Notes: a model not told the origin generated them from the letters alone. Positions 6,686 to 17,252 are shown, counted from the stretch's first letter. The stretch is DNA of 64,000 nucleotides from Candidatus Parcubacteria bacterium (GCA_026004495.1 BPJG01000001.1:277133-341132), one strand, 5' to 3'. Numbers and translations: made by a program.

Positions 6686-8068
6686 TTATTCTGATTTTGA
6701 TTTTTTAGATTTAGATTTTAAAAATTTATTATAAGATTCTAAGACAATTTCCTTTTCATCCCAAGGAATAATCTCGTTATCCTTAATAATAGATTTTTCA
6801 TTCCCCTTACCTATTAAAACCAAAATGTCTCCTCTTTGGGCCTGTTGAATTAAAAACTCAATAGCTTCTTTACGATCGCTGATAATATGATAAGGTTTAT
6901 AGAATTCATATTCAGATAAATAATTTTTAATTCCATGTTCTATTTCTTTTATTATTTTTAGAGGATCTTCATTGTAGGGATCTTCATCGGTAATAATTAT
7001 TTCTGAGCAATATTTTGCTGCTATTTTACCTATTTCAGGTCTTTTCCATTTATCTCTAATTCCACCAGCCGAACTAATTAAACAAAGCATTCTTTTAGGT
7101 TTAAAAATTTCTAAAATATTTTTATATAATTCCTGAATCGAATCGGGGGTATGGGCATAATCAATTGCTACCTTAAAGCTTTTAAAATTAATTATTTCAT
7201 ATCTTCCAGGTAAATTATCTATATCTTTGAGTATATCCTTAACTAATTTTAGTGAAATATCCAAACTTTTAAAAACACAAAAGGTGGCCAAAATATTATA
7301 AAGATTTTGTTTGCCTAATAATTTAGTAAAATATTGAAAAGATTTTTTACTCTCTTCGTCTTCATTTAGATTAAAATAAGTTCCTGAAGAAGATAATTTA
7401 AATTTAGTAATTTGAAGATGATCGTAATTAGTTAAATTTTTTTCAAAACCAAAAGTAATTTTCCTTTCTGCCGGGAATGAAAGATAATAATCTGCTTCAT
7501 AATCATCGAAATTAGCAATTATTGTTTTTTTTACGACCTTACCTCTGAAAATTTTTCTTTCTCCCCTTAAAAGATTTTGAAATAATTTACCCTTATCTTT
7601 CTTATAGTTTTCAAAGCTTCCATGATGTTCAATATGCTCAGGATGAATATTTAAAAAAATAGCAATATCAAAATCAATAAATTTATGTCTATTTTGCATT
7701 AAGCCCTCTGAGCTAGCTTCAACAACGGCAACCTCACATCTATTATCAACTGCCTTTTTTAAAAATTCTTGTAAATATAGTCTCCCCGGCATTGTAATCC
7801 TTGACTTGTTTTCAATTTCTTCTTCGCCAAGATAAAAAAACTGACTTGAGGATAGAGCTGTTTTTATACCCAATGAATTTAATATCTTATATATTAGATA
7901 ACATGTTGTTGTTTTTCCTTTTGTTCCCGTAACTCCAATAACAATTATTTTTTTTGAAGGATATTTAAAAATTAATGCCCCTATTAAGGCATATAAATAA
8001 TGATAAAAATTAATAAATGACTTAGGTATTTTTTTTCTAATTTTATTTTTAAAATTAATCATCTTCAA
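6686..8068 (-). CDS. Mur ligase family protein (MurE-like UDP-MurNAc-tripeptide synthetase)
   Basis: P-loop VIGVTGTKGKTTT. Central-domain motifs HPEHIEHHGSFENYKKDK and DYAHTPDS (MurE has DYAHTPDA). The TDEDPYNEDP segment sits where the DNPR motif for diaminopimelate normally lies. The N-terminal domain is short. Confidence 0.6.
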   Translation of the reverse strand: MKMINFKNKIRKKIPKSFINFYHYLYALIGALIFKYPSKKIIVIGVTGTKGKTTTCYLIYKILNSLGIKTALSSSQFFYLGEEEIENKSRITMPGRLYLQEFLKKAVDNRCEVAVVEASSEGLMQNRHKFIDFDIAIFLNIHPEHIEHHGSFENYKKDKGKLFQNLLRGERKIFRGKVVKKTIIANFDDYEADYYLSFPAERKITFGFEKNLTNYDHLQITKFKLSSSGTYFNLNEDEESKKSFQYFTKLLGKQNLYNILATFCVFKSLDISLKLVKDILKDIDNLPGRYEIINFKSFKVAIDYAHTPDSIQELYKNILEIFKPKRMLCLISSAGGIRDKWKRPEIGKIAAKYCSEIIITDEDPYNEDPLKIIKEIEHGIKNYLSEYEFYKPYHIISDRKEAIEFLIQQAQRGDILVLIGKGNEKSIIKDNEIIPWDEKEIVLESYNKFLKSKSKKSKSE

Positions 8069-8172
8069 TTAATAAATTCTTAATTTTTAAAATCTCTTTA
8101 ATTTTATCATTAATTTCATTTTCTTTCTTCAGTTCACTTCTAAGATATTTTTTTATAGATCTAATATATTTT

Positions 8173-9075
8173 TTAATACTCTTGGGTAATCTTTTTTTGA
8201 ATTTCTTCTCTAATCTCTTCATAGTTGCCAATGCCTGCTTTAGGCATTAATCCACTTACATTAAAATCGAACTTAATATTAAAGTAATCGCTTGTCCATA
8301 ATTTACTATTTAAATCAATTAAAATTTCTTTAAATTCTGATTTTTTAATTTGCTTACTTATTTTAAATATTTCTGAATGGTTTAAATTAGTTTCATAATG
8401 ATTTTTGGATTGTAAAATTAAATTAAATAAGCCTAATAATTCATATTCAGAAGAATTCAATAACCTTTCTTTAAGAGAGGTTAAAATTATAAACTGATTT
8501 TTCATTCTTTCAAAGTCCCCTTGAGGATAATATCTTGATCTGACAATAAATTCAATCCAACTACTACTAAATTTCCTTTTTCCTGGCATTAGAGTATATC
8601 CAGTGACAGCATCAGTAACGGGATACTTAAGATCAACCTCTAACCCTCCTAAATAATCAATAGTCTTCTTTAGAATATAAAGATCAAAAACAAAATATTT
8701 TTTTATATTTAAACCTGTTAATTTAGAGATCTCGGAAAGAAGATAGTCTGTTTTTTTCAATGAATAAAGGGAATTTATTTTTAATAAATCATTATCAATT
8801 TTAACTATCAAATCTCGAGGAATATGAATAATATAAACTTTATTGTTTTTAAAAAGCATAGCAAAAATAGAATCGGTATTTTCTCCTCCGATATAACCTG
8901 TACCCATTTTGCCTAAAATTAAAACCGGTGGCAAGGATTTTTTTTCAAAACTAAAAAGTAGCTTACTTTCCTCTCTTATGAAGTCTAATTTTTTTGTAAT
9001 AAAAATAAAATTAAATAGAAAAATTAAAAAAAATATAAGAGCAATAAAAAATAATAAATATTCTAAACTTTTCAT
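8173..9075 (-). CDS. LytR-CpsA-Psr (LCP) family protein
   Basis: N-terminal transmembrane anchor, then DSIFAMLF...IHIPRDLIV, resembling the LCP core (DTIMLL..I.RD). Total 300 aa. Confidence 0.5.
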   Translation of the reverse strand: MKSLEYLLFFIALIFFLIFLFNFIFITKKLDFIREESKLLFSFEKKSLPPVLILGKMGTGYIGGENTDSIFAMLFKNNKVYIIHIPRDLIVKIDNDLLKINSLYSLKKTDYLLSEISKLTGLNIKKYFVFDLYILKKTIDYLGGLEVDLKYPVTDAVTGYTLMPGKRKFSSSWIEFIVRSRYYPQGDFERMKNQFIILTSLKERLLNSSEYELLGLFNLILQSKNHYETNLNHSEIFKISKQIKKSEFKEILIDLNSKLWTSDYFNIKFDFNVSGLMPKAGIGNYEEIREEIQKKITQEY

Positions 9076-9077
9076 TA

Positions 9078-10595
9078 TTAGTTATTTTTAAAATTAGATA
9101 TTTTAATTCCAAAAGCATCACCAACAATTTCTTCTGATAAAAATTTTAATTTATTATCTAAGCAAAAATTTAAACATTGACTAAGAAGATAACTAGAATT
9201 ATCCAAAAGAGAATTATTATTTTTAAAATAATTCTTAGCTAAAGAAACTATTTTACTAAAAGATCGGGGATATATTTCTATTTGATTATTTAAATAAGAA
9301 AGAACAAGTATTATTAAAACCTCTTTTTCGCTAAGATCTTTTAAGAATATTATTTTAAATCTGTCAATCAATTTGAATCTTATTTTTATACTTTCAAAAT
9401 TATCAGGAGTAGTGGTTAGAATTATGTTAAGATTAGAATTAATTAAAAATTCTTTTATTTCTAACAAATTGAAATTAAAATTAAATTTATGAATATCAGG
9501 AATAAACAATATTGAGTCAGGATAATTAATGGCTTCTAAAAAAACAGGTTTCAAATCGTTAATTGATTCTGTTTTTAATTCAAAAATTTTTTTATTTAAA
9601 AATTTTTCAGATACTTCATTTCGTATAATTAAATAAACTAAGTGATAAATTAATGATTTTTTACCTATGTTTTCTGGCCCAACTAAAATTAGACGAATAT
9701 TATTTTTTTGTTTTAAAATTTCTAATAATTCTTCCTCTCTATTTATTAGCCATCCAAATTTTTCTAGCTTTACTGAAATGTTTAAATTTGTAGTTAGTTT
9801 ATCTAAAAATTTATACCTTCTTAAATTTAAAAGATCATAATCTAACCAATCTATTTTAGAAATTAAATTAACAAAATTTTTAATAGGTTGACGATTAAAA
9901 AGGAGATAAGAAGCATAAATATCTAAATAATTAATTTTAAATTTAGTTAACAATAATTCTAAAAGAGGATGATTTCTTTCTAAAATGGAAATAAGTAGGC
10001 TAAAGGCTGTTATTTTGTCATTGTTAAAACATTTAGATATTTTATAACTCTTAATTAGTAGTGGTTCGAGATTTCGCCAGATGATTAAACCTTCTTTATT
10101 AAATGAATCTATTCGTTTATAATATTCAAAATCTTTTATGATTTCATTGAGCTCTTTTTTAATTTCATAGGTGTTAGTATTTAATTTAGTAAATAGCTGC
10201 GATATTTCTTTTAGCTCTATTAAATTATTAAAAATCAATAAATCTAATTGAGCAATATTTTTTGTTTCTAAAATTGAATTCAAAATAATAAGTTTTAAAT
10301 CTTCATCTAAATAATCGATTAAAAAATTCGTTTTTTCAAATAATAAATTTTTAAAAGATTTTTTTTTAAATATTAATATATCTAACAAAAAAATAAAAAA
10401 AAGCCAAAAGCTTATAACGGTTAAATATTTATTGTTAGATAAAAACAATCCTAAGCTAAAAAATAAAATTAAGTACTTTAATGAAAAATATAAAATTTTA
10501 TATATCCTAATTTGATAATTTTTAAGATTAATTAGTTTTAAAAAATTATTCATAGTATCAATAAAAAGCTTATAATAAAAGGTAGGCTTAGCCAA
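9078..10595 (-). CDS. Hypothetical membrane-anchored protein with a P-loop (LILVGPENIGKKS)
   Basis: A 505-aa ORF with N-terminal hydrophobic helices and a Walker-A-like GxxxxGKK motif in the C-terminal half. I recognise no family. Confidence 0.45.
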   Translation of the reverse strand: MAKPTFYYKLFIDTMNNFLKLINLKNYQIRIYKILYFSLKYLILFFSLGLFLSNNKYLTVISFWLFFIFLLDILIFKKKSFKNLLFEKTNFLIDYLDEDLKLIILNSILETKNIAQLDLLIFNNLIELKEISQLFTKLNTNTYEIKKELNEIIKDFEYYKRIDSFNKEGLIIWRNLEPLLIKSYKISKCFNNDKITAFSLLISILERNHPLLELLLTKFKINYLDIYASYLLFNRQPIKNFVNLISKIDWLDYDLLNLRRYKFLDKLTTNLNISVKLEKFGWLINREEELLEILKQKNNIRLILVGPENIGKKSLIYHLVYLIIRNEVSEKFLNKKIFELKTESINDLKPVFLEAINYPDSILFIPDIHKFNFNFNLLEIKEFLINSNLNIILTTTPDNFESIKIRFKLIDRFKIIFLKDLSEKEVLIILVLSYLNNQIEIYPRSFSKIVSLAKNYFKNNNSLLDNSSYLLSQCLNFCLDNKLKFLSEEIVGDAFGIKISNFKNN

Positions 10596-10831
10596 AAAAT
10601 TATTAACGATAAATAAATAATAAAATTAATGGAGATAAATAAAAATTGAAGAAAAATACTTAAAAATTTAATATTTTTAAAACCAAGTTTATAATTTAAA
10701 AAATAGGCAAATTTTAAATTATTGTTTTTAAATAGATAAGAAAGAATAATATTAGCCTCAAAAAAATAAAATTTTATAAATTTATAAATTAACTGAATTA
10801 AATCAGTAAATAATAAGTAAATCAAAGTCAT
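10550..10831 (-). CDS. Small hydrophobic hypothetical protein; possibly not a real gene
   Basis: A 93-aa ORF that is entirely hydrophobic and low-complexity. It overlaps the upstream gene by 46 nt. Confidence 0.2.
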   Translation of the reverse strand: MTLIYLLFTDLIQLIYKFIKFYFFEANIILSYLFKNNNLKFAYFLNYKLGFKNIKFLSIFLQFLFISINFIIYLSLIIFWLSLPFIISFLLIL

Positions 10832-10836
10832 TTATT

Positions 10837-12093
10837 TTAAAAAAGTGTTTTTTTGAGATTATTTGCTAAAGATTGATTATTAATAATCTTTATTTTACCA
10901 TATTCACCATCATAACCTGGTTGAATAAAAATTTCACCCTGAGAAATTTTTTCTAAGGCGTTATAAATATCAGGGTAATTAATCTTCATTTTTTCCTTAT
11001 CAAAATTTTCTAACAAAATATCAATTTCAGGACCAAAATTTTTAATAACATCTATATAAATATCTAAAATTTTTTTAGCTGTTGGCTGGGATCGATAGAT
11101 TTCAGCCAAAATTTCTGTTAAGGGAATAACTTTTTTAAAACTAGGACGATTATTATCAAAATAATATGCCGATCTGGAGGCTAATTCTTCTACCCTACTC
11201 ATTACTCCTATAGTTAATTTTTTTTTACAAACTGGACAAAGATAATTATTTTTTTTTGATTCTTCGGGCGAAAATGAAATATTGCACAATCTATGCCCAT
11301 CATAATGATATTTACCCTCTTCAGGGAAAAATTCAATTGTCATTAATATTTTATTTTTATCATCAGGATTTTTAAGAGCTTTAAATAAAAAATTGTAATT
11401 TAAATCTTCCAAATTAAAAATGGTAGCCTCACGACCAAGTCGATGAGGATATGCAGAATGAGCATCAGAAAAAGAAACTATGGCTAAATCATCAAGTTCT
11501 TCAATTCTCCAATTCATCTGAGGATCAGACGATAAACCAGTTTCAACTGCAGCAATATATTTCGTATTATCTCCAAAAGAATCATAAATAGAATCAAAGC
11601 CAGACATTGAACCATAAAGCGAAAACCAAGGTGTCCAAATATGAGCAGGAATAAAGATAACACTTTCATTTATATCTAAAGAAATTTTTAACACTTCATT
11701 GGCATCTAAACCTAAAATTGGTCGACCATCACTTTTTAAATTAGCAAAGACAGAAATCTTTTTTACAAATTTATCAACCGAATCGAAATCTGGAAAAATT
11801 ACTAAATAGTGAATTCTTCTAACTTTATCGTATTTTTTGTAAATTGAACTTAATTCACAACCTAAAAGAAAATATATGCTCTGTGGATCGTTTTTTAGTC
11901 GAAAAAAGCCATATTTTTCTTCTTTTAATTTTTTTCTCAATTCTAACAACCATAATGGGTGAGTAAAATCTCCGGTAGCAAGTAAGTTTAATCCTTTTAT
12001 TTTTGCCCAATAATTTAAAATCTCTAAGCTTAAATTTTTAGAACAACCTCGAGAATATTTAGAATGAAGATGAAGATCAGCTATAATTTGCAT
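10837..12093 (-). CDS. PHP-domain protein, endonuclease Q-like
   Basis: N-terminal PHP motif IIADLHLHSKYSRGCS. A Cys cluster near the C-terminus (YLCPVCKKK). Total 418 aa, the size of archaeal EndoQ. Confidence 0.5.
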   Translation of the reverse strand: MQIIADLHLHSKYSRGCSKNLSLEILNYWAKIKGLNLLATGDFTHPLWLLELRKKLKEEKYGFFRLKNDPQSIYFLLGCELSSIYKKYDKVRRIHYLVIFPDFDSVDKFVKKISVFANLKSDGRPILGLDANEVLKISLDINESVIFIPAHIWTPWFSLYGSMSGFDSIYDSFGDNTKYIAAVETGLSSDPQMNWRIEELDDLAIVSFSDAHSAYPHRLGREATIFNLEDLNYNFLFKALKNPDDKNKILMTIEFFPEEGKYHYDGHRLCNISFSPEESKKNNYLCPVCKKKLTIGVMSRVEELASRSAYYFDNNRPSFKKVIPLTEILAEIYRSQPTAKKILDIYIDVIKNFGPEIDILLENFDKEKMKINYPDIYNALEKISQGEIFIQPGYDGEYGKIKIINNQSLANNLKKTLF

Positions 12094-12567
12094 TTAAAAA
12101 AGATGATCGGCAATTTTGCTTGCCGCATATGACTCTGGTTTAATTTTTACCTCCAAGCCATAACCCCTGATAAGATTAATAAGTTCTTTAATTACACTTT
12201 TACTTTTTCCGTTAATACCCAAATCTAAATGAACCTCGAAATTAAATTTCAGATTTTTTTTAAGCAAAAGTTTTAATATTTTTTTACTTAATTCTAAACT
12301 TAAAATGGCTTCTTGCCAAAGTCTTGAATATAAATCTATTTTTTTATTTGTTGAAATTTTTTTCCAAAAATAACGAGCTCCATATCCAACCCGATGAACA
12401 ACAATTACTGAAATAAATTCCGTTATCTTTTCTTTGTTTTCAGAATCAGTTCCAATAAATATTTTATATTTATATTCCGGTTTTTCTAAAATAAAAGTTT
12501 CTATTATCTTTAATATTTCTTGAGAAGATATATTTTGACCATTTGCGCTTCTAAAACCTTCAAGCAT
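12094..12567 (-). CDS. Hypothetical protein (possibly RNase H-like fold, YkuK/DUF458-like)
   Basis: A 157-aa ORF containing KIFIGTDSE. The family assignment is from memory only. Directly adjacent to the PHP-domain gene. Confidence 0.35.
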   Translation of the reverse strand: MLEGFRSANGQNISSQEILKIIETFILEKPEYKYKIFIGTDSENKEKITEFISVIVVHRVGYGARYFWKKISTNKKIDLYSRLWQEAILSLELSKKILKLLLKKNLKFNFEVHLDLGINGKSKSVIKELINLIRGYGLEVKIKPESYAASKIADHLF

Positions 12568-13531
12568 TTTTATTTTTATTTAAGATGATCATACTATAAA
12601 GTTCAATTAAAACTAATGAAAGTGGTAAAATTGTTAGAATTCCTAACACCCCTCCTATTTTAGTGCCTACCAAAATAGAGGCTAAAGTTATTAATGGTTT
12701 TATCTGAAAAATTTTTTTAGCTATAAAAGGAATAAGTAAATTATTTTCTACTTGTTGAATTAAAACAAAGCTTGCCATAACTAAAAAAACTTTATCAGGT
12801 ACAATAGAAAATGTTATTAAAATAGCCAACGAGGCTGCAATAATTGGTCCTAAAATTGGAACAATTTCCAATAAACCAGCAATAAGAGAAATTAATCCCG
12901 CATAAGGAATTTTTAAAACTGATAAAACTAAATAGGTTAAAAGTCCTATAAAAATCATTAAAAATAATTGACCGGCAAGCCATAAAGAAAATTGTTTTTT
13001 TATTTTAATATATGTATTTATATAAAAATTATATTTATCACCAAAAATAAACTTAAATAAATCAGGAAAAAAATTAGGCTGAGTAGCTACATAAAAAGAA
13101 ATTATAATAATTAGAAAAAAATTAAAAAATCCTCCTAGGATATTTATAAAATAAGAAGAAATGCCAAAAACTGTTTCGGGTGTTGTTTTTAAAAATTTAT
13201 TAAAAATAAAATTTAAATCCAAGTCTAAACCATAATCACTTAAAAAGTCTTGAATTTTAGGATAAAGATTTTTAAATTCTTTAGTAAACACAGGCAGCAA
13301 AAAATAGATTGAAATTATTAATATAAAAATAAAAATTAAATAGATTAAGATTATATTAACAAAGAATGGAATTTTTAAATATTTTCTGATTAAAATTGCC
13401 CATTCTTGGATAGCGATACCTAAAGCTGTAGAAAAAAATAAAATAAAAAATATATCTTTTATATACCAAAGAAAAAATAAAAAAGTAGGTATTAACCAAA
13501 AATAAATATTTGACAAATTTTGTTGATTCAT
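12560..13531 (-). CDS. Polytopic membrane protein, AI-2E (UPF0118) transporter-like
   Basis: A 323-aa protein with about 8 predicted transmembrane segments arranged as in the AI-2E/PerM family. Confidence 0.45.
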   Translation of the reverse strand: MNQQNLSNIYFWLIPTFLFFLWYIKDIFFILFFSTALGIAIQEWAILIRKYLKIPFFVNIILIYLIFIFILIISIYFLLPVFTKEFKNLYPKIQDFLSDYGLDLDLNFIFNKFLKTTPETVFGISSYFINILGGFFNFFLIIIISFYVATQPNFFPDLFKFIFGDKYNFYINTYIKIKKQFSLWLAGQLFLMIFIGLLTYLVLSVLKIPYAGLISLIAGLLEIVPILGPIIAASLAILITFSIVPDKVFLVMASFVLIQQVENNLLIPFIAKKIFQIKPLITLASILVGTKIGGVLGILTILPLSLVLIELYSMIILNKNKNA

Positions 13532-13555
13532 TTTATTAAATTATATCATACCAAA

Positions 13556-14587
13556 TTAAATTTTTAGATTAGGATGAACTTCTAAATTGGCCGGGAGGAT
13601 AGATTCATCTTTAAAAAAATAACCACTAAAAGCAATTTTAATTCCATTATCTGTAGCTAATGATTTTACCGGGAAAATTATTTTATTTTTACCAAAATAT
13701 TTAATAAACATTTTTCTTAAATAATAATTAGCTGCTACTCCACCTGAAATAATTAAAGATTTAGGTTTATATTTTTCATCGGCCATTTTGGTTTTAATAA
13801 GTAAAATTTCAAATGCTGTTTTTTGATAAGAAGCAGCTAAATCTGCCTTAGTAACTTCATCTAATTTTTTATATCTTTTAATCTCCTCAACTAATTCCCA
13901 AAAGGCTGTCTTTAGGCCTGAAAAACTAAAATTAAAATTTTTAGTTGCCATTAAGGGATAAGGCAAATTAAAAATAGGCCTTCCTTTTTTAGCTAATTTT
14001 TCTAATTTAGGACCGCCGGGATACTCCAGGCCCAATATTCTAGCAGATTTATCTAAACTTTCTCCAATAGCATCATCAATAGTTTCACCAATTTTTTTAA
14101 TTTTATCTAAAGATTCAAAATAAACCAACAAGGTATGTCCTCCAGAAATTAGAAGGCCAATTGCCGGCAGGGATATTGTTTTTATTTTTTGCCAAATATT
14201 TAACTTATTTTTATTAATTAAAACAGAATAAAAGTGGGCAATCAAATGATTGATTGGTATAATATTAACATTTAGTTTATTAGCTAAATCAATAACAAAT
14301 TCCTTTCCGGAAATTAAAGATGGTGGCAATCCAGGACCATTACTAAAAGCAAGAAAATCAATTTTTTCTTCTGAAAAATTAATTTCTCTAATTAATTGTT
14401 GATAAAGTATTGGTAAATTTTTTTTATGTTCTCTGGCGGCTAAAATAGGAACAATTCCGCCATAAACTGAATGAATATTATTCTGACTTCTTAATTTGTG
14501 ATTTAAAATTCTAAATCTAGAATTTTTAAATTCTATTAAGGCTAATCCAGTTTCATCGCAAGTAGTTTCAATTCCTAGTATTATCAT
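13556..14587 (-). CDS. tsaD: tRNA N6-adenosine threonylcarbamoyltransferase
   Basis: N-terminus MIILGIETTCDETGLALIE. Kae1/TsaD architecture. Total 343 aa. Confidence 0.9.
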   Translation of the reverse strand: MIILGIETTCDETGLALIEFKNSRFRILNHKLRSQNNIHSVYGGIVPILAAREHKKNLPILYQQLIREINFSEEKIDFLAFSNGPGLPPSLISGKEFVIDLANKLNVNIIPINHLIAHFYSVLINKNKLNIWQKIKTISLPAIGLLISGGHTLLVYFESLDKIKKIGETIDDAIGESLDKSARILGLEYPGGPKLEKLAKKGRPIFNLPYPLMATKNFNFSFSGLKTAFWELVEEIKRYKKLDEVTKADLAASYQKTAFEILLIKTKMADEKYKPKSLIISGGVAANYYLRKMFIKYFGKNKIIFPVKSLATDNGIKIAFSGYFFKDESILPANLEVHPNLKI

Positions 14588-14622
14588 AAGAAAATATAAA
14601 TTAAGTTTTTTAGTAGTTAAAA

Positions 14623-15996
14623 TTATTCGTTACACCTTCGATATCGATTCCTAATAGATGGATCATTGCAATTACAGTAACTACTATCAATTTGACCCTG
14701 ATAAGGCTCCCAGGCTCCCCAGCTTCCATCAGCACGACGACAACTTCTTTCAATGCCTCCGGTAGTTTGTCTATATAAACAATTACACTCTTCAACGCTA
14801 ACAGTTGGACACTGAGCAGAGGTTGTGGTGTTTAAGGCTAATACAGTAGCTGTAGCATAATATGTTCCTGAAGCTGTCCAAGTGACGCTTGTGGTTACTG
14901 AACCACTAATTGAATTAATTATAGCTGAAGTATTGAATCGTAAGTATTGACCGCCAGAAGTAGCAATTAATAAAGTAAAGGTAGCATTAACTAATTGTTG
15001 AGAGCTTGAAGCAGTTAAAATGTAAGTAGTACTACTATTTATTCTTAAACCAGAAGCAGGAATGGCATTACACGAAAGAGAAAGAGTGGGTGGGGTAATA
15101 TTATTGTTAATTGTTATGGAAGCAAAATTAGAAATAATAGTATTGTCTGTTTGGAATTTTTTTAAATATAATCTATAATCACCACTCAGCGCATTATTAT
15201 AGATATTTAAATTCCTAACTACGAAAATATTATTTAGTTGATAATCGCTATTTCTAATATTATTAAATAATGGTCTATCAAATCCTGTAGTAGTAGGAGA
15301 AATGGTTGCTTCTCCTTCAACTAAATTATTAGGACAATATATTTTCTTATAATAAATTTGATAAGGAATTTTTGCCGAAGGATTACTATTTGTCAAAGTC
15401 ACAGAAGTAGCTATTGGTATTAAATAATATTGATTATTATTAGGATTTAAAGCAGTACTACTTGAAACTAAATAAAAATTTATTTGACCTAAACTTTGAC
15501 CCCCTCGTGACGATGATGCCGAAATTAACCAATGTTCATATTCAGTACTAGTTGTTCTAGTTAACATACCATAAATAACACAATTCGAACCCTGAATATT
15601 TCCATTTAATGAAACGCAAGATGTACTATTTAATAATCTTGGACTTGAAGAGGGATAAATTCTCTCGAATTTCAAATTAATATTAGTTATTGCTGGTATG
15701 GTTAATTTATAAAATGATTTATCTAAGGCAGTTACATATGGAGATATGTTATATAATTTAGCAAATTCATCACCATTAATATTTGTTGTTATTCCAATCG
15801 AAGTTGAAGAACCTAGGTTTTGATAATTAGCCCTAGGATACACTTCTAAACTTATTGAATTAATACCATCATTTGGATTAATTATTTGACTTAATACTGT
15901 AGATTTATTTTCTTTAAAATAAAAAAAGGTTAAATAAACGAAAACTATTAAAAATATAAAATAAACGGTATTTACTATGATTTTATTTAATTTCAT
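14623..15996 (-). CDS. Secreted or anchored Ser/Thr-rich protein with a Cys-rich C-terminal domain
   Basis: N-terminal signal anchor. Ser/Thr/Asn-rich repeats. The last about 55 aa contain 7 Cys (CNCLYRQ...CRRADGSWGAWEPYQGQIDSSYCNCNDP...RRCNE). This C-terminal part is encoded by DNA of visibly higher GC. Confidence 0.55.
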   Translation of the reverse strand: MKLNKIIVNTVYFIFLIVFVYLTFFYFKENKSTVLSQIINPNDGINSISLEVYPRANYQNLGSSTSIGITTNINGDEFAKLYNISPYVTALDKSFYKLTIPAITNINLKFERIYPSSSPRLLNSTSCVSLNGNIQGSNCVIYGMLTRTTSTEYEHWLISASSSRGGQSLGQINFYLVSSSTALNPNNNQYYLIPIATSVTLTNSNPSAKIPYQIYYKKIYCPNNLVEGEATISPTTTGFDRPLFNNIRNSDYQLNNIFVVRNLNIYNNALSGDYRLYLKKFQTDNTIISNFASITINNNITPPTLSLSCNAIPASGLRINSSTTYILTASSSQQLVNATFTLLIATSGGQYLRFNTSAIINSISGSVTTSVTWTASGTYYATATVLALNTTTSAQCPTVSVEECNCLYRQTTGGIERSCRRADGSWGAWEPYQGQIDSSYCNCNDPSIRNRYRRCNE

Positions 15997-16049
15997 TTTT
16001 AATTAAATTATAAATCAAATTAAAAAATTATCAATAATTAAAAATATAA

Positions 16050-17252
16050 TTACTTATTCTTAATTAATTTAGCTAAAATATTAACTAAATAATCAATATC
16101 CTTATTTTTTGTTTCTCTACCAAAAGAAAACCTTAGGCTATTTTTGCCTCTTTCGGGATATAATTTCGTCACAACCTCATTTGGCAATGGTGCTCTTGAT
16201 TTACAAGCCATACCTGAAGAAACAAAAATATTATTTTGATCTAAATAAATTAATATTTCTTCAGCAGTTTTTTGAGGAAAATAAAGATTGATTATTTTAG
16301 GCGTCGAAAGATTTAAATCGGCATTAATTTCAAAATTAATTTTATTTTGACTAATTTTATTTAAAAAATAAGTTCTTAAATTATCTAAATAATTTCTCAA
16401 ACTTATTCTATTATTAACAGCTATTTCCAACGCCTTAGCAAAACCAACTATTAGGGGAACATTCTCTGTTCCTGATCTTAAATTAAATTCCTGCTCTGAA
16501 CCAGAAATTAATTTTTCAAAAAATATATTATTTTTTTTATAAAGACAAGCAACTCCTTTGGGGCCATATATTTTATGACTAGATAATGTCATTAAATCAA
16601 CACCTAAGTCTTTAACAGAAATATTTTCTGTTAATGGCGCTTGACTAGCATCAAGATGAAACAAAATTTTCAAATCTCTATTTTTGTTAATTTCTTTTAT
16701 TATGTCAAAAATTTTTTTTACTGGTTGAATAATGCCTATTTCACTATTAACATAATGAATGGTTATTAAGCAAGTATTATTTTTAATAAACTTGAAAATT
16801 GAATCTAATTTTATTAAGCCATTTTTATCTAATGGCAAAAAATCATAATCAATTAAATTTATTTTTTTTAAATCTTTTAATGGCTCGATTATGGAAGGAT
16901 GTTCAATTTCAGTGGTAATAAAATGAGGTTTAATTCTTAATTTAAAGTAATAAAAAAAAGCTAAGCCTTTGATAACTAAATTATTACTCTCGGTAGCAGA
17001 AGAGGTGAATATAATTTCATTAAAATAATCAGCGGCAATTAAATTCTTAATTTTTTGACGCGATTCATCAATTACTTTTAGTGCTTTTTGGCCAAAACTA
17101 TGAATACTTGATGGATTAGCGAAAATCATCGAAAAATAAGGTTTCATTTCTTCAAAGACTTCGTTTAAAACAGGAGTAGTTGAGGCATAATCTAAATAAA
17201 TTATCTTTTTTCTGCTTTTATAGCTAAAATGTGCCAACCTGTTCTTAGCCAT
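16050..17252 (-). CDS. Cysteine desulfurase (IscS/NifS, aminotransferase class V)
   Basis: PLP-lysine motif SSHKIYGPKGVACLY. The catalytic-Cys region SGMACKS is near the C-terminus. The annotated start overlaps the upstream ORF by 52 nt, so the true start may be internal or non-ATG. Confidence 0.85.
   Translation of the reverse strand: MAKNRLAHFSYKSRKKIIYLDYASTTPVLNEVFEEMKPYFSMIFANPSSIHSFGQKALKVIDESRQKIKNLIAADYFNEIIFTSSATESNNLVIKGLAFFYYFKLRIKPHFITTEIEHPSIIEPLKDLKKINLIDYDFLPLDKNGLIKLDSIFKFIKNNTCLITIHYVNSEIGIIQPVKKIFDIIKEINKNRDLKILFHLDASQAPLTENISVKDLGVDLMTLSSHKIYGPKGVACLYKKNNIFFEKLISGSEQEFNLRSGTENVPLIVGFAKALEIAVNNRISLRNYLDNLRTYFLNKISQNKINFEINADLNLSTPKIINLYFPQKTAEEILIYLDQNNIFVSSGMACKSRAPLPNEVVTKLYPERGKNSLRFSFGRETKNKDIDYLVNILAKLIKNK

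Noticed and set aside
17201-17252. A 52-nt overlap between the pilin-like ORF end and the annotated IscS start
   Set aside because: This is probably an over-extended IscS start. The conserved IscS N-terminus begins near IIYLDYASTTP, so a downstream or non-ATG start is likely. It is not treated as a real gene overlap or frameshift.
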